Shown: piece by piece, positions 37,410-50,345 of the stretch
Layout: each line of letters starts with the position of its first letter
Position numbering within the stretch: position 1 is the stretch's first letter
NCBI GenBank assembly: GCA_951406725.2
Contig: OX597827.1
Coordinates: 37,014,001-37,078,000 of the forward strand
Length of the DNA stretch: 64,000 nucleotides
From: Octopus vulgaris
Lineage: Eukaryota
Reading direction: 5' to 3'
Made by a program: the position numbers and the translations under genes
The notes under the pieces: generated by a model
What the model was told of the DNA's origin: nothing
The model's database searches: none
What the model saw: the letters and a program-made list of their open reading frames with translations, nothing else

Positions 37410-39620
37410 GTTAGTAAGAACTCATTTCTGAGTATTTAGTACATTTCAATTTAGGTGAAGGGGTGCTCATTTGTGCTGTAGGGGAAGATGGGCTTTCTGA
37501 TGGCTAATGATCCCAATTCTTGTTTTAAACAGCCTATTGCAAGAATCACGTTGGATTGTAGGTGCTGGTCGGAGTTGGGTTGCTCCAACTTTCCTACATT
37601 GTTGTTTCATTCCAAATCAATTCTTTTGTTTCCTTCAAAACAGGATATTCCTGCCTTGATCAAATTTCACCAAACAGTGTATTGGTTGGTTGTCATTTCC
37701 CAAGAGTTTTGGTCTATACCATTACTCTTCAGAGTTTCCTTCAATTAGTCTTTGTAGCATTGCAGGGGAATTCACAAAAGGTGTCTCCCATTGTTCAGTT
37801 TCCCCAATAGGAATATCTTTGGGAACCTGTTTTCCCTCATGGCGCCATGTGGCCTGCCCATCTGAGGTGGTGCTTGATGGTTGTAGCCTCCAAGCTAATT
37901 TATCCCACTCTCTTTTGTTCATAACATTGGTAACATAGTCTTCCCATTTGATGTCCAGGATAGACCAGAGTTCCTTTTGATGGAGTTGTTCAAGCTTTTT
38001 TGGGTTATGGCAGTACAACGTCCATGTCTCACACCCAAACAACAGGACAGACACAATTGTACACCTTCATTTTAGTTTGGATAGTATGACGACTGCTCCC
38101 AAAGACTCTTGGACCTTGTTTTCTACATCATTTGATGATGTATATTGAACAGATAGGAGGTTACCAAGGTAAGGGAACTGTTCAACACATTTAATGGAAG
38201 TTCTGCTAATGGTGATGTTACATTTTGGTGGGTCATATCCAGGTAGTGGTTGTACAAGGATTTTGTTTTCGTCTTTGTTAACTGTTAAACCAAACTGAGA
38301 ATATGCCAAGCAGAAATTATTGACAAACTGTTGTAAGGCTCAGTGGGTGGACAGGGACAGTGTTATTATCTGCATACTGCATTTCATTTACTTTGATGGT
38401 GTTGGTGTGATGCTGAGAATGGAGTCTTGATAGATTAAAAAGTCCGCCATCACTATGGTACTTGATTTCTACACCTGAGTTGTTCTGGGGAATTTCATGG
38501 CAGCATTGTAAAGAGAGAAGAGTGTGGTGCAAGGATATAGCCCTGTTTCAGATCACACATAATGGGGAATTCCTCTGAAGTGTTAACTTGGTGGATAACA
38601 TATGCCTTCATGCTATCATGCATTGCTCTAATTATTACAACAAAGGTTCTAGAAGGCTGAATCATTGCAGGACAGCCCACATTGCAGCTCTTGGAACACT
38701 ATTATAGGCTTTTTCAAGGTCAGAGAAAACAAGAGAGAGATGTTTTTTGTTGTTCTTTGACTTTCTCCTGTAGTTGATGAGCAGAGAAAATTACTTCAAT
38801 TGTTCCCCTTGCAGAGTGGAAACCACATCGATGTTCTGACAGGAAAGTTTTTTAATTTACATTTGACGAATATTTGTCCCCATCTTGTTTGTTGTTAACA
38901 CAACGTTTCGGCTGATATACCCTCCAGCCTTCATCAGGTGTCTTGGGGAAATTTTGAATCTGGGTTCTCATTCCTAACAACAAACAAGATGAGGACAAAT
39001 ATCCGTCAAGTATAAATGATGTACATAATTCCTCATTTCTTAAATATATAGAACTGTGTTCAGGAATAATTTGGCAAGAATTTTCCCTGTGATGGAGCGT
39101 AAGGATATACTATGATAATTGTCACAAATGTTACAATCCCCTTTCTTAAATATTGTAAAATTTAGTGTATCTTTAAGCTTATTTGGGATATGTTTGGCTT
39201 CTCACATTCGTAGGATCAAAGTGTGCGTATAGGTCTTTAGGGATAGCTCACCATGTAGTAGAAGCTCTGCAGGAATTTTGTCTGGGTCTGCAGCTTTTCT
39301 GTGATATATTTTCCTCAAGGCTACACAAAATTCATACTAGGTGATTGGAATAGACATACTGAGAAGAGATAGTGGGGTATTGTGGAACATTTCTTAGAAT
39401 CTCATAAGTAGTGGTTGAGTTCCTGTGTTGAAATGTCCCACCCCACCATTTAAGGTTGACATTACTCTCCATCAAATGGATGTTGACTGCTGATGGTAGG
39501 ATCCCTTCTGAGGATTGGAAAGGACTGTACATCTCCTTGGTTCCTGCACAGAGGCTGCAGAGATCACAAGTGTTGGCAAAGTGCCGCAGTTCAACATCCG
39601 TGTTAAGTTGGATATAAGGA
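37410..39620 (-). mobile_element. Degenerate RTE-clade LINE with RT domain
   Basis: LKQGYILAP, MQYADN (YADD motif), FPYLGN and LLFGCETWTL..WSILDIKWEDYVTN across broken frames. Confidence 0.9.
38852..39058 (-). mobile_element. Penelope-type short insert with inverted ends and a hammerhead, inside the RTE
   Basis: Inverted repeat 38855-38897 / 38975-39017. Minus-strand acac-CTGATGA-aggctg..cagcc-GAAA-cGTT-gtgt at 38898-38941. Confidence 0.7.
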
Positions 39621-39654
39621 TTGCTTTTTGGTACTAATACTGCTTCTGTGGCTA

Positions 39655-39697
<43 letters not shown>

Positions 39698-39804
39698 ATA
39701 TATATATATATACATATATACACACATATTTATAAACACACGCACACAGATATATAGAAAACAAAGTTATTTCATTCCACACAGGTAGAAATTTAGAAAA
39801 AACT

Positions 39805-40057
39805 GAAGTTGAAAATGCCTTGGGAATTGTTTAGATTTTTTAGTTTTAAAGACTTAACTGGTTTCATAGATTTCTTTGATTTTCAAAAGTTGAGACAGAA
39901 AGATGTGGATCTATGCTTGCTTCATGCTTCTTAAGACAGTTGCAGCATAGCTCCACATCTTTTGTACCTCAACTTTTGAAAATCAGAGAAATCTGTGAAA
40001 CCAGTTAAGTTTTTAAAACTAAAAAATCTAAACAAATCACAGTGCTTTTTTAACTTC
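39805..40057. repeat. Foldback palindrome with ~110-bp arms and a short loop
   Basis: ttgtttagattttttagttttaaagacttaactggtttca..gatgtggatctatgct pairs with agcatagctccacatc..tgaaaccagttaagtttttaaaactaaaaaatctaaacaa. Confidence 0.9.
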
Positions 40058-40646
40058 TTACACACACACACATATTGTAAACAGAGTTAGCGGTTATAGT
40101 AACCAATGAAGGGATAAAATATCCATATATACTATCTGTATCCGTTACTTGTATTGTCCCTGGATATTGGTGTGCAGGCACACCATGCACATAAAGTGCA
40201 GATAACAACTGGATAAACAAGAGTTTATCAGGAACTAATGCAAATAATTAGAAAATGGAAAAAAACACGGATTAACAAACACATCGATTGGACCACATTT
40301 ATAACTTATTTTTTAATACAAAGCATGACATAACAAATTGCACCTACCCGTTAATAAATTGTAGTATTCCCTAGACTATTACTAGCTCACTTTTTTTTTA
40401 TCTATGGACCCTGTAGCCCCTGATGGTAAATTATTTGCTCTTAACATATTGGGCTTCTAGACTTTTTGTCTAAGCCACCTTTCTTACTTTTTCTTTCTTC
40501 CTTTTGCTTACATTGTATGCTCTTGTTTGTCAATCTTCAAATACCCTACGAAGATGAAGAACTTTATTCTTGCATTTATTTATAGACTGCATTCTGGTAA
40601 CCGATCAGTAACGGCTGTAAGATATGTTATGTCACTTATTTTGCTA

Positions 40647-40706
<60 letters not shown>

Positions 40707-40780
40707 TATATGAATTTTTTGCGGAATGAGATAAAAAAAAACCAAGGCTGTACAGATATTAGAGCATTTATAGAAAGAAG

Positions 40781-40835
40781 GTCTTACAGCTGTTTCTAGA
40801 ATATTAATTAATAATAATATCCCTTCATCGGAGAC
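40781..40835 (-). ncRNA. Variant type I hammerhead motif (CCGATGA core)
   Basis: Minus strand: gtct-CCGATGA-agggatatt..aatattcta-GAAA-cagctGTA-agac, with a palindromic stem III (acagctgt). Confidence 0.6.
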
Positions 40836-41756
40836 GGTGTGAGGGGAAAAGTTAACTCATAGTTAGTTTCGATATATATATATATATATTATATATATAT
40901 ATATATTATATATATATATATAATTTAATAAAAGAGTATCATATGAAAGCATGGATGTGGCTTGATTTTGCAATAATTGGAATGAGAATCAAATAAGGAT
41001 GGCAAAGTAAGTGAAAGAGGTGAGTGGAGATGAAGTGGGATTGTTGTATACAAGTGAAGATTGTGGAGTGAGTGAAATAGTTGAGTAATAGATGTTAGAG
41101 TGAGTGCAACATGTGTAGTGGGTAAGATGAGTGAATGTACAACAGTATAGAGTGCTTGTGTGTGACATATGATAGTTGTGATAGAAGAAGGACAATGAAG
41201 ACCAGCAACTATTGAACTAGAACAAGATGTGAGTGATAAAATTTGTTAATTAAAATCAACATCAGCTGAAGCAATTAGAATACATTATAGAAAGAAACAA
41301 TACCAGCACAATGACAAATATTTCAAAATACAGTGACAACAATACTTCAACAATAAAACTAAAAGAAGAGAAGTAAAGTTGCTATGGCACAGGATCTTGT
41401 GTAAATAGTTAAATTACAAATCAGAATGACTCTTGTTAAAACAAAGAGATGGCAATGCTGTGTTTGTTTAATGCTGCTATTGTTAGTTTAAATTTTATCA
41501 CTGAACAAACCAATATTTTCACCAAAATATTACTTTATTAGGTGCTTATTTTATCATATTTTGTCAGTTATTGAATTATATTTTTATGTGTTATTTTTGC
41601 TTCATAGTTCTATGGCACATGCTACAGTTTAATTGTTTCAAGAGTGAGAGAAGACCATAATGGGGATTGGCACTAAACAAATAGTTATCAACACCATCCT
41701 TACTTCTTTTATAAAAAAAAATCATGATGGTAATAACAATAATAACAATAATAATC

Positions 41757-41787
<31 letters not shown>

Positions 41788-41788
<1 letters not shown>

Positions 41789-42073
41789 CTCAGATACCAG
41801 GAAACCCCAAAATGGCCGAAATTCAAAAGATAGTGCTCATGGGAACTGCTCATATCCTACGCAAAATACTTTCTATGTAATCTCAAGGTTTAAAACAAAC
41901 ATAATTTTCGTATGTTTTTTTTAGGCATTCACTAGTACAACACTAAGTACCAAACCAAATATATGGCACCCTAGGCATAACACCAACACGAACTTCCAAC
42001 TTGTTGTCTCTTGAGATCTCTGGGTGAGACTTGGAGCCAGCTTGTGCAAATGTAAAGCAAAAGTCAAACATAG
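41788..42073 (+). mobile_element. 5'-truncated R4/Dong copy (different family) inside (TAA)n
   Basis: TQIPGNPKMAEIQKIVLMGTAHILRKILSM* followed by a 3' UTR; TAA repeats on both sides. Confidence 0.8.
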
Positions 42074-42930
42074 AATAATAATAATAAAAATAATAATGAT
42101 AATAATAATAATAATACTTTCGTAACAACATTGAGTAACAACATTAAAGCTTACTCAGTTGTTGGTGTTGTTTAGCCCATGTCACACTTGACTCAGTAAC
42201 TATGTTAAAAAGTGTTCCAGCCATGACAATGTGATAATTTTAAATATGTAGGACTATTTTTATCTAATGAATTTTAAAACTTATTAGATGGGTTATTGAT
42301 ATTTGATTAGACAGATTTTGGTTGTATGCTGTTACCCTGTTCTCATATTAAATGTATTTGAAGTTTTCAAGGAGACCATTTATTTATACATAGATGTTAA
42401 AATGATTACAAATGATTACAATAGTTTCTTGCCAGTTGTGAGTTATGTATATTGGCCAAGAATTAGATAGCTACATCTTTGTGTGGGGCAAACAGTGAGA
42501 ATTAAGAATGTCTTGTGTCTGTGCTTGGAAAAGTGAGAATATTGCATTCATGGAAGGTGAAGGGATTGCATCAACACTTGAGGGGTCATAATGTATTCAT
42601 CGAGGCTAAAAGTTCTAACAGAGTGAACCTGGCTGCATTTTATTGTGACACCAGTATTAAGTGTGAGAAAATGATAGATAGTAAGAGGTGGATAAATAAT
42701 GAGAGTAAACGATAGTAAATATCAAATGGCCAGTGGGGAGTACAGGTAGAGTTTATGGGATTCATGCAGATCTGATGAAGTCCCTTAAATTTTATATCTC
42801 TAGATGGTGAGGGAGGTGGGGGATAAGCATGAAAGAGAGAGAGAGAGAGAGAGTGCATGTGTGTGACAGAGGAGCAGATTTTGAGAGAGAGAGTCTGATA
42901 GGTCTTAGGGCATTTTTAATTATGCTGGAA

Positions 42931-42978
<48 letters not shown>

Positions 42979-44114
42979 TACATTGCTTCACAATGTCAAC
43001 TTATTGATATTCAAAATGAACAATAACCATATCAGTATCACATGTGTGGAACAGCCATAGTTACTGTCCTTCTTTCCCCTCTGATTCATAACTAAAATAT
43101 GTTAAATGCTTATTATTATCTTTCTAAAGCATCTTTTCCATGCATCTTTTCAATGCAGAAACAAGTCTTTCACCTATCAATTTCCTACCACCACCACCAC
43201 CACCATCATGGTCATTGTCATCATTTTCATCATCATCATCATTATAAATATCACTGAATTTTCAATAATGATAAATGAATTGGAAATAATAATGTAGTGT
43301 GGAGTGGGGCAATGAATAATTTTTAATTCAATAATTGCATTGTTGATAATTGCATAATTAATACAGGGCTTGTCTAATGTGATGATATCTTGATGGTGGC
43401 AGTGGCTGTGCTGGTAATAATGATGAGGGAATGTAAATGGTAGAGTGATTTGGCAATAAAAGAATGAAATGTTTGGTCAGGTAAGGTAATGGAGGAGATA
43501 GTGCTGGTGGTAGTGAAGACATTTGGCAGAAGAATAAAGGTATTGGTAGGGATGGTGATATGCATGTCGTGGTTGCGCATTATTGGAGTTTGAAGTAATG
43601 ATGACAGTGTTGGTATTAGCATTGATGATGGTGATGTAATGCTATTAATGCAATATTACGATATTTTACCTTCATAGTTTCATTCAATGCTGCCATCTGA
43701 AACAAATGAACATTTTTATATTGCTTCATTACTCTTTATTGGTTCTTAGTCTTTGACTGTGGCCATGCTGGGGCATCATTTGCAAGTATATTTACTCAAT
43801 TATATTGACCCCACTACTTAATCTGGTACTTAATTTAGTTTTGTCTTGTCTTGGTTTATCGTGAGTCACATCTCATTTAGAGAGTTATTTCCCCTCATGG
43901 AGAAAATATCACAAAGAATTTACAGTGACTTACACCAGCATATACATAACACACACACGCAAACACACACACACACATAGTAAAATGTGGCATGGAAGGA
44001 TGATAACAGGACATACAAAAGATATGGACACACTACATACATACCTACATCTATCTATGTATCTGTACATCTGTCTGTTAGCCTGTTTATCTATCTATTT
44101 ATAGATAGATATCG

Positions 44115-44570
44115 TAGTATGTGGTTGGAAGCCCAACACCATGCCATATATAATCAAGTGGAAAATTGTAGAAAAATCCATGCCATCTAAGAAATGCAAC
44201 TTATATATAGCTGAAAGATCACATATCCTTTTTAACTTTAAAAATTCCACTGCGCTGCTGAATTCCAGATCTGAAATTTTCAGCAAATGCAGACATATGG
44301 ACAAAATTGCTTTTGGTGAATTGAAGTACTCCGCCCTCTCCTGATTAAACAGCTGTATCACAAACTTTGGACCCCTCTGCATTGATTCATTCTGTAATTA
44401 ACTTTATTATGGCTTTACAGACAAAGGGTACATAACTCTCTTCTTCTTTTCTTTTTCCATTTTTTTTTCACCCTTCCACATTTTACATCCACCTTCTCAT
44501 TTTTTTCTTGTGATTTCCCTTCTTCTAGCGCCCTGATTTGTATAGGCCTTGTTCTCAGAGCCTGAACATT
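44115..44570 (+). mobile_element. Penelope-like element 3' fragment (GIY-YIG endonuclease C-terminus)
   Basis: YIIKWKIV..KKCNLYIAERSHI..LLNSRSEIFSKCRH resembles the PLE C-terminal consensus LLN.RSE..SKCRH. Confidence 0.7.
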
Positions 44571-45009
44571 TAAAGTTTAATTAAAAAAACTAAACATTAA
44601 AAATAAAAAGTAATATATATATGTACATACATTTTTTTGTGTACTCATATATATGCATCTCTATATATTTACCTCCATTTGTTGCAGTTTATATGCAATA
44701 AAATAATGTGCAATAAAATAATGTGCATGTGTATGACTAGCTGTCTGTATAGACATATGCAATGCTGTTTTTGCTTTTAGTGTAAATTGTCTGTGAGAAG
44801 AAACCAGTTTAAATAATGTCTATAACAACATTCTTATTTTAAATCCAAGTTGTATCTTTCCATTTTTCCCTACAAAAGCTGTTTTATTCATTTTATATAT
44901 GTACACATGTGTGGTTTTGTCTTTATGTATCATTGTACTAAATGTATCTAAGTTTAAGTATGTGATGATGTGTGTATGTATGTAAATGTTTATGTATGTA
45001 TGTTGAAGG

Positions 45010-45570
45010 GGGAATTAAACCAGATGTTTTTCCTTTTACTATTCTTATGTTGGATGGGTTGCTATTGAAGTTTGGTTTGTGGTCTTTCCTGGTTATATAT
45101 GAGCATTTTGGTATAAATGTATCTACTCTTATCTATTTTAAGTTTAGTGACTATTTCTTTGGTTGTGGTGTTAAAGCTACATATTTTGTTTTCTTGTATG
45201 CCTTGAAGATTGCTTTAGAAAGAAAGTGGTAGAGTTTGTTTGCCTCATCTGATTTTACAAATATATTTGGGCTTGTTTTAATGTGGTTGATTTTCTGTTT
45301 CAGCTGCTTTTCCAGCTTTTTGTTTTGCTTGTTGAATTTCATTCTGTTGATCATTATAAATAGGTAATCTTCAAAGGGTTGTAACAATGGGTTAGGTGGC
45401 AGACATTTGGCTGTCTTAAATCCATAATTGTTGGGGAACTGTTCTTCCTTTTGATCATTTCCATAATGATAAATTTTCCATCAGTGACTTTTGATGAAGT
45501 GTTTTGTTTTTTGTAGTAATACTTTTTGGTAGGTTTTGGTTGGTTTTTTAGGTAATACTTTTTGATACGT
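45010..45570 (-). mobile_element. Penelope-like element N-terminal fragment
   Basis: NYGFKTAKCLPP..LQPFEDYLFIMINRMKF..IFVKSDEANKLY resembles the PLE pre-RT region (..V.ADKT.N.Y). Confidence 0.65.
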
Positions 45571-46114
45571 TTGACATTTTTTTTATAGAGAAGTGTATTG
45601 GGTGGTGCTGCAACTTTTCCTATTTTACAGTTTATGTTATGAAAGCACTCATGTCAGAACAGAGCTATTATATTGTTTGTCTTTATGTTTAGGTTTAATA
45701 AAAACAATTTTACATTAATCTGTTGTTGTTGTATGCCTGTAGATTGTTTTTGTTGTTGAATGTTGTTATTATTGTATTAGTCAGTCACTTACACAATATC
45801 TAAGTTATTTCAGCAAGTAAAGGCAATAGCTCTATACATATTTAAGCTTTATTATGATCTCATTAGAAAAATATAGACATTACCATACTTATTAAAATAT
45901 TTATGTGAAATTTTGAAAATTTCTTAGTAAATATTCAAGGCTCTTAACATTGGAAAGCAGTATAGTTTAGAGAATAAGTAATTCATAGTCACCATTTGCA
46001 TGGAAAAAAATCTGTACTTAAGTGTTAACATATTTCATGTAGGAAAAACAAAATCTATAGAAAATAAAACCCAAAATTTATAATTGCTAAGTTTCATTTT
46101 TATTTTATTTCCAG

Positions 46115-46179
46115 GTGATATTCGTTCTTACTCGTGATCATGATCCTTCTGGACAAGTCGTGGAGAGCTCACTTTGGCA
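46115..46179 (+). CDS. Candidate host exon (65 nt), product unknown
   Basis: Acceptor ttttattttatttccag, donor gtaagt. The only fully open frame reads VIFVLTRDHDPSGQVVESSLW. Confidence 0.5.
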
Positions 46180-46280
46180 GTAAGTATACATTTAAAAATA
46201 TAATTAGCAAATCCCAGTCCTTCCTCTTATAAATCTCATCCCACTGAAATTCTCTCTTTGCCCTGTTTTTTTTTCTGCAG

Positions 46281-46408
46281 CCACCAATTTACAGCTATTC
46301 AAGAAGAATCTTGACTGGGTCAATGTCACAGATATTGTGGCAAACTCTCCAGTTGTAAATGACAGACAAGAGTTCCACAACTTCTTGCTGAACAACATGC
46401 ACAGATAA
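46281..46408 (+). CDS. Candidate downstream/terminal exon
   Basis: Strong acceptor ccctgttttttttctgcag closes a 101-nt GT-AG intron. Continuing the frame above stops at TGA 46312-46314; an alternative frame stays open to TAA 46408. Confidence 0.4.
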
Positions 46409-46459
46409 TTTATTTGTAGTGATCAAATAGTTGCCAGGATAAAATGTGTTGGAAATAGT

Positions 46460-46910
46460 TCAAGGATCTAGTACCACTGCTGGTAACAAAAGTTTTTCCC
46501 ACAGAGTGAAAGGTAGATTGTATGATGGTTATGCTAGAGCTGCATGGTAGTGAAACATGGGCCTTGAATGCAGAGGATTTGAGAAAACTGGAAAGGAAGG
46601 AAATTACCTTGTTTCATATGATGTGTAATGTAATTGTATGAATGACAAAATTAGATGTGTTGAGAGAAAAAAATTAGAATTAGATGTAGTATACAGGTGT
46701 AGTATGCAGGTGGAGCCTAGTATGCATATGGATGAGGACAGCTGCATAAGTAAATGCTAATCACTTAATTTATTGGAATTTGTGGAAGAGAGAGACCTAG
46801 AAAGAAATGGGATGAAATGGTGAAAACTGATCTCAGTACCTTAAAGCACGTGGAGGAGATGACAAAGGACTGGGATGACTGAGAAAATGTACCTATCTTG
46901 CTAAAACAGA
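46460..46910 (+). mobile_element. Degenerate RTE LINE 3' fragment
   Basis: RVKGRLYD..HGSETWALNAEDLRKLER and GRERPRKKWDE-like remnants. Confidence 0.75.
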
Positions 46911-48069
46911 TCCTGCGAGTCTATTGTATATATATGTGCACAGCCTCAATTTTGTTATCACCTCCCTCAATTTTGCCATTACCACACGCACTCTCTCTCT
47001 TCATCACATGCCTAATTGCAGTATTCTGCTGTGTGCTACATGTGAGTAGAATGGCATACTTCACCGGTTTTTCCTTGATGCACTTGTCCTTCACACTACC
47101 CACAACCATTTCATTCTTAATACTACTCTCTACTCCTCCACATTTATCACTCTTCTGTTCTATCAAGTGATCTCTGCCTAATTGCTATTTGGTAATTGTA
47201 ACACATCCCCTACAGGTGAAGATAATTGTAATAAATCAATAATTTATGTTGGATAGTATTTGATATACCTGTATTTGCCCAGTTATTCAAAGACATGCTG
47301 CAAGCCACTCTCAGTTATTTCTCTTAACTTATTTTTGTTTCAATTATGCTAATTACTTGGGTCATAAGTTAGCCTTGGTAATGCGACCTACTCTTTTGTA
47401 TGTGTATAAATCCCTTTGTTACTTGGGATAACATGAGACAATTTTTGTGCTGATGATGTCTCCAGAAAATAATAAGCCTGACTGTTTTGTTAATGACATA
47501 TCAACTTCAAGGAATTTTTGAATCTTGAGATTATCTGCTCTTCTCGCACGGAACAGATCTCAATTGCTATTCTGGTAATTGTAAGACATTCTTTCGAGGC
47601 TGAGATTATTTTAATAATGCAAGAATTTATGTTATGCGATTTGATGTACCTGTATTTGTCCATTCAGTTGCAGTACATATTCATCCTAAATGCACAAAAA
47701 TTCTACATTAGAGGACATTAGGACACTTACCCAGCAGAAACATGTGTCAGATTGGAATTTAATGAGAATAATACACTCATGCATGCAGACACACATGCAC
47801 ACAGAGTAAGAGAGATAGAGAGAGAACACTATAGCACTATGAATGTTTTACATGCTGTTTTGGTGTGGTTTTTCTCTTCCACATTTATCATGTTTGCTGT
47901 CACAAGTGTGTAGCAGCTGAAGTGTTGGAAATAGTAACCAAATCTCCCCCAAATAACAATGTGTCGTTTTAAAAAAAATTAATAAACACTTAGACTCACC
48001 TAAACTGATGGGATGATCACGGCAAGAATAGGGATAAAAGCAAAAGTATTATCATCAGCAGCACGACCA

Positions 48070-48199
48070 TCATCATATTATGGTTATCATCATCACAATC
48101 ACCATTATTATCATAATCGTTTTCATCATCATCATCATCATCTTCATCATCATCATCATCTTCTTCGTCATCATCATCATTCTCTTCCTCCTCCTCTTC

Positions 48200-48231
<32 letters not shown>

Positions 48232-48400
48232 TCTCTTCCTCCTCCTCTTCATCATCATCATCATCATTCTCTTCCTCCTCCTCTTCATCATCATCATCAT
48301 CATCATTCTCTTCCTCCTCCTCTTCATCATCATTATCAGCAGCAGTATCACCATCATGTTTCTACCATGATGACTGCCACCACCACCATCATCATCACCA
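48070..48400. repeat. Compound (CAT)n/(CCT)n repeat with a higher-order unit
   Basis: Unit ttctcttcctcctcctctt+(cat)n occurs four times. Confidence 0.9.
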
Positions 48401-49504
48401 TATCAATTTCCACAGACCTCTGGGTCATCAAAATTTATTTCTGATATCTGTGGTATTAATGGATGTGAGATAACTCACCCTTGGATCGGACAGTAGGTTA
48501 CTATTGGTAAATTTCCTGCAATAAGAATTCAACTCACCTCTGAAAATCAATGAAGCATTTCTCAGTTTTGAAATTCTGCCATCACTATAACTGGCCAATA
48601 TTTCCTTCTGCTACTTTCACTGCTGCCATTGCAAACACCTACCACCTATCACTACCGACACTACCACCACAAAAACTCCTCACACACCATTATCACTATC
48701 ATAGCACCATTACAACTACCACCACAACAACACAATCTCCGTTATAACTAACACTACTACAGACACTACCACCCCTACAAGCATATCACTACCACCATCT
48801 CTGTCAAATGAAAACTGATATTACTTTTCTTACAATTGCCACCACCACCTCAAGTACCAGTAGTACTAATACCATTGCCTTCAGTACTACACAACTAACA
48901 CCAATCTAGTTCCACAACCATTATTATCGCTACCAGCATCACAACCTACACCACGACGACAACAACCACCACCACCACCACCACCACCACCACCACAACC
49001 ACCACCACTACTACTACTACTACTACAACTACTAGGAGTTTCACTACAATCACCACAACTCCCATTACTACCATCACAACCCCTACTGTTATGGCCACTA
49101 ATTTCTCAACACCCACTCACTCACATCCTATCACCACTCCCCACTCATCACTACCACCACCATTAAAAAGGAACAAAAGAAGAAAAACAAAAAACAACCT
49201 CCTGTCAAATCTTCAGTTGGCAGTTAAATGAAGACTTGTTGGTGCTCTGCCATTTCTGTAGAATGTCATGTCTGAAACAGTGAAGAATTCTAAATTATTT
49301 CTTTGTTAGATTTTCAGAGTGACATGAGCATTTCTTCTGAATGTTAACAGCAAAATTTTATTGTTAGGAATAATGAAAATAGCAATAACAATTAGAACTA
49401 TAGCAATAATAACAATAACAATTTCTTTATTAGCCACAAGGGTGACAACTGATAGCAAGCTATTAATAATGGTTTCAGATTTGGGACCTACTATTAATAA
49501 TAAT

Positions 49505-49729
49505 ACTCTTTTACTCTTTTACTTGCTTCAGTCATTTGATGGTGGCCATGCTGGAGCATCACCTTTAGTTGAGCAAATTGACCCCAGGACTTATTCTTTG
49601 TAAGCCTTGTACTTATTCTATCGGTCACTTTGCTGAACCGCTAAGTTATGGGGATACGGGGATGTAAACACACCAGCATCGGTTGTCAAGCAATGTTGTG
49701 GGGACAAACATAGGCAGACATAAACATAT

Positions 49730-49760
<31 letters not shown>

Positions 49761-49890
49761 CATATATACGATGGGCTTCTTTCAGTTTCTGTCTACCAAA
49801 TCCACTCACAAGGCTTTGGTTGGCCTGAGGCTATAGTTGAAGACACTTGCCCAAGGTGCCACATAGTGGGACTGAACCTGGAACCAATTT
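49505..49890 (-). mobile_element. SINE family B with an internal microsatellite
   Basis: B-box ggttcagtccc, ggcaccttgggcaagtgtcttc, and tail ..gactgaagcaagtaaaagagtaaaaga. Confidence 0.85.
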
Positions 49891-50345
49891 TACGACCTTC
49901 ATCCAGTTTCCAAAATTCTTTGCTTATTTAAAGCCTCATCTGAACACATACAATTTTGCTTAGATACATGTGTATGCATTCTTACAAACACATAACCTTG
50001 TGTAGTTGCATTATTAATTTCAGTTTTAATTTTTACCCATTATCTATCAAATTAGCTCTTAGAAATAAATTCTATAGGAAATTTGGTATAAACAGGAGTA
50101 CATTGGTGTGAACACAAACTGTTTGTGATACTCATCATATCAAAATTTTGCTCAAGTCCTTATAACCAAAGTAAAGAGAAGCTTTTGACTGACTGTTTAA
50201 TTTTCAGCTTCACATTTTATCACAAACCCTCTGGTGAATTCCAAAGATCAACCAGCACAAGTCTACCCACTCCCTAACAATTATAGGAAAATGCATGGTT
50301 TTCTCTCTTTCATCCTCCTTTTTTGTTCTCTTTTCCCACCAACTA

